DNA from: Octopus bimaculoides
Lineage: Eukaryota
Direction of reading: 5' to 3'
Assembly: GCF_001194135.2 (NCBI RefSeq)
Contig: NC_068989.1
Span: 73,224,328 to 73,288,327, forward strand
DNA length: 64,000 nucleotides
The translations under genes and the position numbers were made by a program. The notes beneath the pieces are model-generated. The model was not told the origin of the DNA. It saw only the letters and a program-made list of their open reading frames with translations, and ran no database searches. Of this stretch, positions 27,401 to 38,714 are shown in pieces (the stretch's first letter is position 1; each line of letters opens with the position of its first letter).

Positions 27401-30400
27401 AAATACATTATTTTTAGTATTTACTAATAATGACTGAGACTTTATTATAAAACTAGCCTTTTTTCTAAGTATACAAACCTGCTAATGACTTCTAACTGAA
27501 CGCTAATTAGATGTCCTTAATTTTCAGGTTTCTTTGAAATCACTGAATCCTAGAAATGTTGTGAAGACTTCTGTTTCCAGCCGTACAGATGCAGGTGTTC
27601 ATGCCTTTCAGAATACAATGCATTGTGATCTTCTCCGCAAGTGAGTACTGTATTATTGACTTATTGTGTATCGCCACTATTGTCATTCCCATCTCTTCCA
27701 TCCAATATATCTAGCTACTAAAAAAAAAATCTTTGGTGCCACCGTTACAGTTCATTTGAACGTGTGATTTAGTGAAACTGCTATAAGATACAAAGTCTAG
27801 CTAACATTTATTTTTACACTGTGTCTACTGTTGGTGCCATGGTAAAATGAACCCAGTGACAATTTGTAACGTGGATGATTGATGATGCAAAGGGCAACCA
27901 GCCATAAAAGCAAAGCCAAATTAAAATGAGCAATTTGTGGTCTTCTAACCTCTCTTGGAGAAAAATAACTCTGAATAAGTGTGGAAAGCTAATTTAAGAT
28001 GGTGATGAAGTGATGGCCAAATTGTTATTATTATTATTATTATGAGGCTGTGAGCTGGCAGAATTGTTAGCATGCTGGGATAAATGCTTAGTGGCATTTC
28101 GTCTGTCTGCATGTTCCACCGAGGTCCAATTTGCCTTCCATCCTTTTGGGGTCAATAAATCAAGTACCAGTGAAATACTGGGGTCAATGTAATCAATTAG
28201 TCCCCTCCTACAAAATTTCAGGCCTTGTGCCTATAGTAGAAAGGATTATCATTATTACTGGTGAGCTGGCAGAGTTGTTAGCACACTGGACAAAATATTT
28301 AGTGGCATTTCATCTGTCTTTATGTTCTGAGTTCAAATTCCACTGAGGTCGACTTTACCTTTCATCCTTTTAGGGTTGATAAAATAAGTACCAGTTGAAT
28401 ACTGGGGATCAATGTAATTGACTTACCCATCCCCTAAAATTGCTGGCCTTAAGCCAAAATTTGAAACCAATGTTATTTTATGTGTATGAAGAGAGGGAAA
28501 GTCTTTCTCAGTTGTTTTCAATTAAGTCTTCCCCCCACTCTCTCTCTATGTGTGCATTTCTGAACACACATACATGCATGTGTGTGTATGTGTGCATGTT
28601 TGCCTCCAGCACCAAAAGATATTACCACCGAAACTGGCTGAATGCCCAGTCAGCCATGCCAGATTGCCATCATCCAAACAGCAGCACTCAATCGTTTTAT
28701 TCTAGATGCAGGTTGCTCATACATTTCATTTTAACATGTTTTCTATGGTTGTATGCTTTTTTTCTCTTATCAACCACATTACAAAGTATACTGGGTGAAT
28801 TTTATGGCTCTAGGATGTCGTGTAAGGAGAATGAAAGAATCCCCTCTGCTACCAGTTCCTACGAGGAGCTTGCAATGTGTCATGCAAGCTCCATGTTTCA
28901 TTTGTATATTCCTTCAATGGTAACAGGAAGACTTAATTATCAAAAAGCAGTGATCTGATACAGCCTGACACAAAGGTTTCTTCATCATGTTGGTAAGTAT
29001 GAAGGGCAGGGTTGCATTTCATGATGTTTGCTATTTAGTTGGAGGTAAGAGTTACAAAGGTGTCCAGAGCGACTAATGGATTTAGTCCACATTACTCCAT
29101 AAGGTGCATAGGACCGGTTTCCCTGTTTCTCTAACATATATATTCCTCCCTTGACAGAGTGGACTGGAGCAATGTGAAATGAAGTATTTTTGCTCAAGAA
29201 CACAACACATTACACAGTCCAGGAAATGAAAGCACAGTCTTACAATCACAAGTCCAAAGCAATTACTATCTTACACTATCATATTAAAAATGGAGGTATA
29301 TACTGGATGAAATAATGCTAAATATAATATATCACAAAAGAAGAGATGATGACCACCAGTAAATGATGCAGATGCATCACAGTAGTTGTCATTGTGCTTC
29401 AGAATGGTGATATTTTTTGTCTTTTAAAGTATTATTTGCTAAAAAAAAAATTTGATTTTGTGTAATATTTTTGTTTCTATTCATTTTAAAGGAATGAAGA
29501 TTGTGAATATGAACCAGAATTTTTGAAAAATGGAATGAACTATTGGCTAAGGAAAAAGAAAGAAACAATACGGTTAGTTTTTTTTTTTTTTTCCTCATCA
29601 AATCTGTCTACTAATGTTCCAGCATTCTGGATGAGAAATAATCTCCCTGTAAATAAATCTAGTTTCAAGTTCCATATGGGTTAAATTCCCTTTCACATTC
29701 TGCAACTAATGCACTAAGTATGATAAATTCTCATTGTCATTACCAAAAATTCCAGATGTCATTCTAGACCAGTGGCTCTCGGCTGAAGTCCCCATGCCCC
29801 TTGTGGGTCTATATAAAATTTTGTTATTAAAATTTATGTGTAATAAACTGGTTATACTCCTACATGTGAAGGTGTATGGCTCAGTGGTTAGAGTGTTTGG
29901 CTCCCAATCATGAGGTAGTGAGTTTGATTCCTGGACTGGGCTGAGTGTTGTGTTCTTGAACAAAACACTTAATTTCACGTTGCTGCAGTTCACTCAGCTG
30001 TAGAAATGAGTTGCGACATCACAGGTGCCAAGCTGTATCAGCCTTTGTCTTTCCTTTGGATAACATCGGTGACGGAAAGGGGAGGCTGGTATGCATGGGC
30101 GATTGCTGGTCTTCCATAAACAACCTTACCTGGACTTGTGCCTTTCTAGGTGCAGTCCCATGGTCATTCATGTCCGAAGAGGGTCTTTACCCTTTAACTT
30201 CTACAATACATTTTTAACCCCATGTTTAGTTATAAACAACAATATAAGATCAATTGATAGCTTTAACTGTTCTTTACAAGTAATAGATTCAATTAATTCG
30301 TAATACTATTATTTTAATTACAATAATTAATGATTTTTATTTATATATATTCATACGGAAATGAAAGAATCCCTTAAATAAAGTATGATAAAAAAAAACC

Positions 30401-31344
30401 TTGGAATAACACTTTAAACGGAAGAAGTATTCTCATCTGGAAAAATATAATATATATATGATACATATATATATATATATAATGCACCTTTCAGTTTCCA
30501 TATACCTTATCCACTCACAAGACTGGTCAACCTGTGGTTATAGACGAAGGCACTTGCCAAGGTACCATGCAGTGGAACTGAACCTGAAACTGTGATTGGG
30601 AAGCTAGCTTCTTACCACATAGTCATGTTTGGCTTTTGCAAATACAATATATCTACATTGCTCAAGGGGTTTTCTCTACAGCTGGATGCCATTCCCATTG
30701 TTAACTTTTGAAATATGAAGTAGGAGTCGTCATTTGAACTTACAAGTCGCCAGTTGGTACAGGCATGTGTGTGTGTAAAACCATGTCTTGACATCTTGAT
30801 GGTTGTAAAGGTGCATCACCATCATACAAACAATATTATTAATTTCTAACACCCGTGAAAAACATGTCTGGCCATGGGAGAATATTGCTCGGAAACAAGT
30901 GTTAGTTGGCAAACGAAGGGCATATGGCCTTAAAAAACCTGCTTCAACAAACTTTGTCTGACTCCTGCAAGCCTGAAGAAGTGGACGTTAAAACGATATG
31001 AATTGGTGTAAATATCGCTGTGTAAGGGAAGTAACTTTGGTAAATTTAAACTTTTGCCAGAGATCAATAAAATAAATATGGGCTTGATGTTGTTAGTTTC
31101 TTGCTTTCTTTCTTTCTTTCTTTCCCTGAAGAACTTGCACATTGTAAAATTCTTAATTTTAGGGTCACCAATGTCCTCAGAGTAAACGATGACTTTCATA
31201 GCCGACGTCAGATCAAAAACCGTACCTACATGTACCGTCTTGCTATTCCCTTTAAAGAAATAGCACCCCAAACTGGTCACTCTGCATTAACTCTCTTGGA
31301 GAAAAATCATGCACACATTATTTGGTAAGATACATTCAGATCTT

Positions 31345-31390
<46 letters not shown>

Positions 31391-33691
31391 GTATCTCACT
31401 ATCAAGTCTCCTTCATGTCTGTGTCACTATCAACTCTTTCTCTCTCTCTTGTATGTCTTATTCTTATTTGTCACATCCTCCACCTCTCCTTCTCCGTTGT
31501 AGGCAATAGGGTGTAATTTGAGGACAATTAGGTTGTTATTTTTTATAGTTGTAGCCAGTGGAGTAAACTGTAAGGCTTGGTATTCATACAACCACCCACC
31601 TAATTCCCAGAGCATCTCCGTGCTTGTTAGAAATAGCGACCATTCATCTTCAGATTACACCTTATTATCATAAGAAAAGAAAGACTTGTTGAATAATGTA
31701 GTCTTGGAAACTCTTAAAAAGGCAAGATGGTCATGGCTGGAATGCCTTTGATCATAATCTGCTCTATTAAGATTAACTCGAGACTAAACAACAATATTTT
31801 CCTTCTTCATAAGCAGTTTTCAGTTGTTACCCAGCGTGGTAATGATTCTGCCAACTCGCTGTCTCTTAATAATGATGATGATGATGATGAACATATTGTA
31901 TATATGTTATATAAACAGTGCATTATGCACAGGAAGTGTAAAATGAATAAGTCTTCAAAAAAATGATTGGGGAGGGGGCATCTGGTGTACTGTTGGGGAA
32001 TTTCGGGAAGCATGGCAATGATCACATCCGAGCGTGATTATTGCCAGAGCAGCTGTCTGGGTTCCGTGCCGGTGGCACGTAAATAGCACCATTTGAGTGT
32101 GATCGTTACCAGCACTTACTGGCATGTGAAAAACATTCAAGCAAGGTCGTTGCCAGTGCTGCTGGACTGGCTCTTGTGCAGGTGGCACGTAAAAAACACC
32201 ACTTGAGCGTGGCCATTGCCAGTTCCGCCTGACTGGCCCTTGTGCCGGTGGCATGTAAAAACACCCTCTACACTCTCGGAGTGGTTGGCATTAAGGAAGG
32301 GCATCCAGCTGTAGAAACTCTGCCAGACCAGATTGGAGCCTGGTGCAGCTGTGTGGTTCGCCAGTCCTCAATCAAATCGTCCATCCCATGCTAGCATGAA
32401 AAGTGGACGTTAAATGATGATGGTTTCTGTGAGATGGAGTGGTTGCTGCAATGAGTTGCTGACAATTCTCTGCTGCAACGCCATTTGTTCTGGAGTTTTT
32501 GGCCCATTGCTCTCTCTCCCTTCATCTTCCACTGCTTTACCCCCCACCATTTTTCTTTTCCTTTTTTATCTTTCTTGTTTTTTTTTTTGTTTTGTTTTTT
32601 TCTAGTTTTTATATTTTAACCTTTTAAGATTCAGATTACTCTTTTGAATTTAATACTTATTCATTCAGTGTTTTGAATTAATCATGCACTGTCTTGTTGC
32701 TTTGAGATTTTGAAAATGTGATTGTTTATGATTTGAATGACATTGTCGCATAGGTGTGAGAGGCCAGATCTGGCCAGTTTGAACATAGAACAGCTAAAAT
32801 ATTTTGAACTGGATATGGCCAGCATTAAATACTAAAGAGTTAAATGTTATAATTTAAAATGCGATTTGTTAGATAAAAAAAAATTTTGATTTGGAAATAA
32901 CTATTTATTTATGTGGTTTACACATAGGACACCCATAGACATGAGGAAACTCATGAGTGCTGCTGAAGCAATGGTTGGAACTCATGACTTCACTGCTTTT
33001 TCGACAATCAAGTCAATACGAGAGAAAAATGAGTCACCCATCAGAACCGTCTCAATCAATGTAAAACTCGGTCGGACTGCTCTAAAGCAACATAATCCTG
33101 GCTTGGAATTTTGGGAGGTATACATTCAAAGCCGGTCCTTTTTGTTCAGGCAGGTAAGTTGTTAGCATGCAGCTTAGTTTTCTCGCTTAGATATCATCAT
33201 CATCATCATCGACGTTTAACGTCTGCTTTCCATGCTAGCATGGGTTGGACGATTTGACTGAGGACTGGTGAAACCAGATGGCTACACCAGGCTCCAATCT
33301 GATTTGGCAGAGCTTCTACAGCTGGATGCCCTTCCTAACGCCAACCACTCCGAGAGTGTAGTGGGTGCTTTTACGTGCCACCGGCACGAAGGCCAGTCAG
33401 GCGGTACTGGTAACAGCCACGCTCGAAATGGTATATTTTACGTGTCACCCGCACAAGAGCCAGTCCAAGGGCACTGGCAACGATCTCACTCGGATGTCTT
33501 ACTGGCAAAGGCCACACTCGAAATGTTGTATTACGTGTCACCTGCACAGGAGCCAGTCCATCGGCACTGGCAACAATCTCGCTGGCATGGATTGGATGGT
33601 TTGACCAAAGCTGGCTAGGCAGAAGTCTGCACCAGGCTTCACTGTCTATTTTAGCTGGGTTTTTATGGCCAACCACCTTACAGACTGGACT

Positions 33692-33756
<65 letters not shown>

Positions 33757-36700
33757 TTAAAATTCTTACTGTTTTTTTGAGGCAGGAGTTTGGTTCTCTG
33801 CTTAGGAACCAATAGGCACAGGCTTGATTCTATAATTAAGAAGGTCACTTTGCAAGCACATGTTTCCAGGTGCAGTTCCACTGTCTGGCACCTTGGGCAA
33901 GTGTCTTTTACAGTAGCCCCAGGCTGACCAATGCCATGTGAATGAATTCGATAGACAGAAACTGTGTGTAAGCCTGTCGTGTGTGTGTGTAAGCATGTTT
34001 TTGTGTTTGTGGTTGTTTCCCACACACACATGCACACTGCTTGACAACAAATGTTGGTTTATGTGCATCCCCATAACTTAGCAGTTCAGTAAAAGAGACT
34101 AATAAAATAAGTACCAGACTTTAAAATATAAGTACTGGGGTGGGTTTTTTTTGACTAAGCCCTTCAAGGTGGTGCTGTTATATTTTTGCTGGAGCACTAC
34201 CTTGAAGGGTGTGGATTATCTTTAGTCTTCCACGTAAAACATGGGATTTTCTAGGGCATGTGTTGAGGAGGGATGAAGAACATGTTCTGAAGAGGGTGCT
34301 AGAGTTTGAGGTGAAAGCAAGGTAAACCAAGGAAAATGTGGTGGGGATAGGTGGAGGAGGAGATTGGAAAGGTTGGCTTGAGAAAGGAGGATGCCCAAAA
34401 CTGGGCAAGATGGTGAGATGGTTTGAGGGTGGTTGCTATGGCATTTAGGTAGATCTGGCCTCCCCCATTAACGAGGACAAAACCTGGATTCAAAATGATG
34501 GATGATGATGTGTATGTGTGTTTAACAGGTGCCGACGTGGCTGTGTGGTTTCAGGTTCAGTCCCACAGCATGGCACTTCGGGCACATATCTTCTCTTGCA
34601 TCTCCAAACTGATTAGTTATGATGATGATAATGATGACCATAGGATTGACCTAGACAGACCCATGGAACGATCATGAGATTGCTCTAGAAAGTTACCCTT
34701 CAAGGCACAAGTTTGGGCAAGGTTGTTTATGGAAAACATCCATGCATACCACCGATGTTATCCAAAGGAAAGGCAAAGGCCAATACAGCTTTACACCAGT
34801 GATGTTGCAACTCATTTCTACAGACTAGTGAACTGGTGCAATGTGAAATAAAGTGTCTTGCTCAAGAACAGAACACACTGCCCGGTTCGAGAAAACTCAC
34901 TACCTCGTAATTGTGAGCCTGATACTCTAACCACTGAGCCATGTGCATTCATTTATATATAAATATATATATATATATATACATATGGTCATTTCCATAG
35001 CATTTTTGTTTGTCTTAATAACTGACGAGATGCCAGAGCAGATTTCCGCCCCGACATCCGAAACTCAGTTTTATTATGGCAACCAAATAATTGTCACATA
35101 TTATATTACAGATAAATTCCTCTATTTACATAATATCGAGGTCTCATTCATTCTTTTGTTGTCATACTATTACTATTAATATATATATATATATATCCTT
35201 GGTTTATTCAAGAAACTGTTGGGCTTGTGACTTTCACTCACTCACTGAAACTGATGAGAATATATATATGTAAAAGCACCCACTACACTCTCTGAGTGGT
35301 TGGCGTTAGGAAGGGCATCCAGCTGTAGAAACTCTGCCAAATCAGACTGGAGCCTGGTGTTGCCATCCGGTTTCACCAGTCCTCAGTCAAATCGTCCAAC
35401 CCATGCTAGCATGGAAAGCGGACGTTAAACGATGATGATGATGATGATGATGATATAAGGTGATATCTGCAAGTAAAGCATGACTAGGTAGGACACTTCA
35501 GCATGGTTAATGTTCTAGGAGTGGAAGGATTGGTTGAAGTTAATGTAGCCGTAGGAGCTGGGAAGAGTGTCAGATGTGTCAAGTATGCAGCTGACCAACT
35601 CAGGGAGCAAGTGAGATTTTTGTCAATCTCTTGAATGACCATCTTTTGAATAGCAATCAGGAAGTTGCTTAGCATTTGTTTGTTGGATAATATACTGTTA
35701 AGTCCAGGTGCCAGTAATCCATGACCATGATTGAGCACCAAAAGCATTGGCAGATGTGTAAAGGAGAAAAATGGTGACATAGATGTTATTATGTGAATAG
35801 TTGAAGATAATATATATATCAAAGAGATGCTGGGGGAACTGATGGCTGGTAAATACCCAATACAGAAGTAGATTACAGAAGACCTGGAAAAGAAAGTATC
35901 TAATTCAGATGGAAAACTGTAGAATAGACATTGTACTATTAATTCATCCTCAACCATCATATACATACAAAGAATACTGGTGGAACACTCCTATTGAGAC
36001 ATCTGTCAAGTGTAAACGTAACAGGTTGGATATTGTTGTTTGGGAAAAACTAGAAAAAGTATGTACCTTCATAGAGGTTAGCTGTCCGGCTGATATGAGT
36101 ATCTCTTTGAAAATCAAAGAGGAAGAGGATAAATACGGACAACTGCTTTGAAACCACCAGCTGCTAAGTGACAATCTTCCCAGTCACATGTTTTGGGTTC
36201 AGTTCCACCGTGTGGCACCTTGAGCAAGTGTCTTTATGATAGCCTTGTGATGATCAAAGCCTTGTGAATGGATTTGGTTGAAAGAAGCTTGTCAAAGCAT
36301 CCAGTACATTTATAAAGTGGTTGACATTAAAAAAAGGCATTCGGCTGTAGAAACCATGCCGAAACAGACAATAGGGCTTGGCACAGCTCGCTAGCTTGCC
36401 AGCTACTGTCAAATCATCAGACCCATGCCAACATGGAAAGATGTGAGATGATGATGATGATGCTGGTGTGTGTTTGTGTTTGTTTGTTTTTGTCTCCTTG
36501 TCTTGACATCATGTGACTGTTGTTCATCTCCAATATTCTGCTAAAACATTTCTGGCCATGGGGAAATATTACCTTGTTTGGAAACACGTGAGGGTTGGTG
36601 ATGAGAAGGGCAGCTGTCTGTAGAAAACCTGCCTCAATAAACTCTATCTGACCCATGCAAGCATGGAAAAGTGGATGTTAAAACGACGATGATGACAGTG

Positions 36701-38714
36701 GCAGTGGCACACTCACAAAACAAACTTCTGTATTTTTGCTGTTTACCAAAATTTCATTTATTGTTAATATTGGTCAACCCATGGTTATGATTAAAAGATC
36801 TTTGCCCAAAATGCCATACAGTGGGACAAAATCTGACGCCACATGGTTGCAGAGCAAGCTTCAAATCACACAGTCTTTCCTTCCTTCCTTCCTTCCTTCC
36901 TCCCTCCCTTCCTCCCTCCACCCCCTTCCTCCCTCCCTTCTCTTATTGTTATTGATGAATGTCTCTTGTGTCTGTATGTAAACTAAAATTTGGCTTTTCC
37001 TTTCTAAAATAAATAAGAAATATATATAAATATATTTTGCAGATTCGTCGAATGGTTGGTGCCATGGTGCAGGTGGCACTGGATGAACTGACAGTTGCTG
37101 ACATCCAGCAGAAATTGCTAAGGCCTTCTTTAAAGGCCACTGACACAAAAATCAAAAGTTTACCCGCTTGTGGACTTTATCTCTCCAATATATATTATGA
37201 TCCCAAAGGTAATGTCCCCTCATTGAAAAGAAATAATTTATTCTTTCGCTTGTTTCACTATATCGGCAGACGTAGTTGCACATGGTTCCAGGTTCTGTCC
37301 CACTGCATGGCATCCTGGGTGAGAGTCTTCTATAATACTGGCTGATCAAAGCCTCTTGATAGATTTGGTTGATGGAAACACATTGCATGTATGTGTGTAT
37401 ATTGGAGTGGTTGGCGTTAGGAAATGCATCCAGCTGTAGAAACTCTGCCAGACCAGATTGGAGCCTGGTGCAGCCGCTGGCTCTCCAGACCTCAGTCAAA
37501 CCGTCCAACCCATGCCAGCTTGGAAAACGGACGTTAATCGATGATGATGATATATATATATATATATATATATAAATATAGTTGAAATATACAGAAAAAC
37601 AAAAGACAAAGACAGGTGTATAAACAACAAGTAGATGTATTAGTTTGACGCTCAGGAAATTGAGAAAGTCTTTTACATTTTGAACCTACGCTCTTCAAGA
37701 GAAAGGAACATGAAGAAATAAACAGAGAGAGAATAAAATACAACTTGTAGATTTTAGCAGTCAATCATGACGACCGGTTGGAAAAAGGTTGAACAGGAGA
37801 GCTAGGAAGAAGGGGAGATAATGAGGTACTGATGATCCCAAAACGAAGATGCGCATGTGTGTGTGTATGTGAGAGTGTGTAAATGTGTGTGTGTGGATAG
37901 GGGCTAGTATGCCCTGGCACTTGCCACCATCTATATCTCTTCTTTTCCTCAACCATCTCATATTCTGATTCCCGTTCCTTGTGAGTATTGCCCAGCATTT
38001 TGCCACCATCTCTATCCTGCTGTCTCCCACTCTCTCTTTCTCCTGCACTTCCCTCAGGTTGGGCAACCATCTATTTTCTTTGTGATAGCACACCTGTTTC
38101 TGTCTTCATTCCTGATCTTTCTCTCTCCGGCTGGGTAACCTTGTACTTCCTCTACAGCAAGACACCTGTATCTGTCTCACTATAACCTTTTTGTCATCAC
38201 CCTCTCCAATGTCTCCTCCCCTCTTAAAAAGTTTTTTTAAAAAAATGTTTATGTTTTGCAAGTACTTGGTAACCCTGCCTCTTAAAAGCACCCAGTCCAC
38301 ACTGTAAAGTGGTTGGTGTTAGGAAGGGCATCCAGCTGTAAAAACCTTACCAAATCTAACCTTGCCTGTGCTTGTGCCACATAAAAAGCACCTAGTCCAC
38401 TCTGCTGAGTGGTTGGTGTTAGGAAGGGCATCCAGCTGTAAAAATCCTGCCAAAACAGTCACAGAAGACTGGTGCAGGCTTTGGCCTGGCCGGCTCTTGT
38501 GGTACTGTCCCACCCATGCTAACATGGAAGACGGATGTTAAACGATGATGATGATGATTATTCACATTCTTTTCTTCTTCTTGCAGATCTGATTTACACA
38601 CCGACTGCCAAATCAGAGCCTGATGACTTGAATCCAACTGATAAAGATGCTGATGACTTAAACTCAACTGATGATGATGAAGAGGACTTAGATGCCAGTT
38701 CTGAGAAAATATAA
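21254..38714 (+). CDS. PUSL1: tRNA pseudouridine synthase-like 1 (TruA family), spliced CDS join(21254-21300,24264-24327,27528-27640,29492-29572,31163-31324,32928-33153,37043-37208,38587-38714), 987 nt, 328 aa
   Basis: Hand-spliced exons all have AG/GT boundaries and matching phases. The translation follows human PUSL1 motif order: MGRFLIFVSYIGTNYSG...IQEQLE...SSRTDAGVHA...DFHSR...RTYMYRL...GTHDFTAF...SFLFRQIRRMVG...PACGLYL. Confidence 0.95.
21996..22122. mobile_element. GC-rich hAT-type MITE in PUSL1 intron 1
   Basis: Ends cagggtcg / gccggccctg; 8-bp TSD ccctcatt / ctctcatt (7/8 match). Confidence 0.7.
24264..24327 (+). CDS. PUSL1: PUSL1 coding exon 2 (S-GIQKQLLNQGLKVLTIQEQLE)
   Basis: Acceptor ttacttacacag|, donor gag|gtaagg; phase 2 in, phase 0 out; aligns to human NG...VQNYLE. 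Confidence 0.9.
24910..26075 (-). mobile_element. RTE-clade LINE, 5'-truncated (RT C-terminus plus 3' UTR and (GAT)n tail), in PUSL1 intron 2
   Basis: ORF 25554-26099: EVVDSFRYLGD...LHGSETWA...LRWYGHV...GRPRKTW, typical of RTE; tail catcatcat at about 24911-24932. Confidence 0.92.
26490..27260 (-). mobile_element. Degenerate RTE LINE 3' fragment
   Basis: Colinear, decayed copy of 25550-25980 plus the same 3' tail. Confidence 0.8.
27528..27640 (+). CDS. PUSL1: PUSL1 coding exon 3 with catalytic Asp (VSLKSLNPRNVVKTSVSSRTDAGVHAFQNTMHCDLLR)
   Basis: Acceptor ttttcag|, donor aa|gtgagt; TruA signature SRTDAGVHA. Confidence 0.97.
29492..29572 (+). CDS. PUSL1: PUSL1 coding exon 4 (K-NEDCEYEPEFLKNGMNYWLRKKKETI-R)
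   Basis: Acceptor ttttaaag|, donor cg|gttagt; phase 2-2; aligns to human PPEVLAEALNTHLRHPAIR. Confidence 0.88.
29868..30200 (+). mobile_element. tRNA-headed SINE with Meta/Deu-like central domain; other copies about 7680-7990, 34680-34945(-), 42808-43148(-), 49425-49745
   Basis: ggctcagtggttagag...gagttcgattcc head; cttgagcaagacacttt...cactcagctg core. Confidence 0.7.
31163..31324 (+). CDS. PUSL1: PUSL1 coding exon 5 (VTNVLRVNDDFHSRRQIKNRTYMYRLAIP...LEKNHAHII-W)
   Basis: Acceptor aattttag|, donor tg|gtaaga; FHxR and RTYxY motifs. Confidence 0.95.
31985..32420 (+). mobile_element. RTE-tailed SINE (+); same family at 33195-33660(-), 24425-24790(-), 35275-35452, 37395-37550, 38285-38560, 40470-40710
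   Basis: gagtggttggcgttaggaagggcatccagctgtagaaactctgcc...ccatgctagcatgg...cgttaaacgatgatg, shared with the RTE LINE 3' end. Confidence 0.85.
32620..32839. mobile_element. piggyBac-like MITE (TTAA-flanked), just upstream of PUSL1 exon 6
   Basis: TTAA|ccttttaagattcag...aaatactaaagag|TTAA; reverse complement of the 1470-1691 copy. Confidence 0.7.
32928..33153 (+). CDS. PUSL1: PUSL1 coding exon 6 (TPIDMRKLMSAAEAMVGTHDFTAF...FWEVYIQSRSFLFRQ)
   Basis: Acceptor cacatag|, donor cag|gtaagt; GTHDFxAF and SFLxRQ motifs. Confidence 0.96.
34245..34510 (+). mobile_element. RTE-like LINE 3' fragment (second subfamily)
   Basis: Encodes GHVLRRDEEHVLRRVLEFEVK-like segment followed by a gatgatgat tail. Confidence 0.7.
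35016..35076 (+). ncRNA. Minimal type I hammerhead-ribozyme-like motif (PLE-type), canonical core
   Basis: taataa-CTGACGA-gatg...catc-c-GAAAC-tca-GTT-ttatta: stem I 6 bp, stem II, 2-bp stem III, NUH triplet. Confidence 0.65.
35640..36170 (+). mobile_element. Non-LTR retrotransposon fragment with restriction-like endonuclease (R2/R4/NeSL type), in PUSL1 intron 6
   Basis: EYWWNTPIETSVKCKRNRLDIVVWEKLEKVCTFIEVSCPADMSISLKIKEEEDKYGQLL matches the PD..D-E-x-K-type RLE C-terminus. Confidence 0.75.
37043..37208 (+). CDS. PUSL1: PUSL1 coding exon 7 (IRRMVGAMVQVAL...LPACGLYLSNIYYDPK)
   Basis: Acceptor ttttgcag|, donor aag|gtaatg; RRMVG and PxxGLxL motifs. Confidence 0.96.
38587..38714 (+). CDS. PUSL1: PUSL1 terminal coding exon, acidic tail (D-LIYTPTAKSEPDDLNPTDKDADDLNSTDDDEEDLDASSEKI*)
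   Basis: Strong polypyrimidine acceptor ttcttcttcttgcag|; phase 1 matches exon 7; open to TAA at 38712-38714. Confidence 0.8.

Noticed and set aside
29868-29945. tRNA-like A and B boxes (also at other SINE heads)
   Set aside because: They continue directly into SINE bodies and lack a full cloverleaf; not tRNA genes.
37665-37705. Hammerhead-like gagc-gtag-gttc-aaaat-gta on the minus strand
   Set aside because: Both the core and GAAAC are mutated; at most a dead PLE relic.
38620-38682. Repeated TGATGA...CTGA resembling C/D snoRNA boxes
   Set aside because: Explained by Asp and Thr-Asp codons in the PUSL1 last exon; no terminal stem and not intronic.
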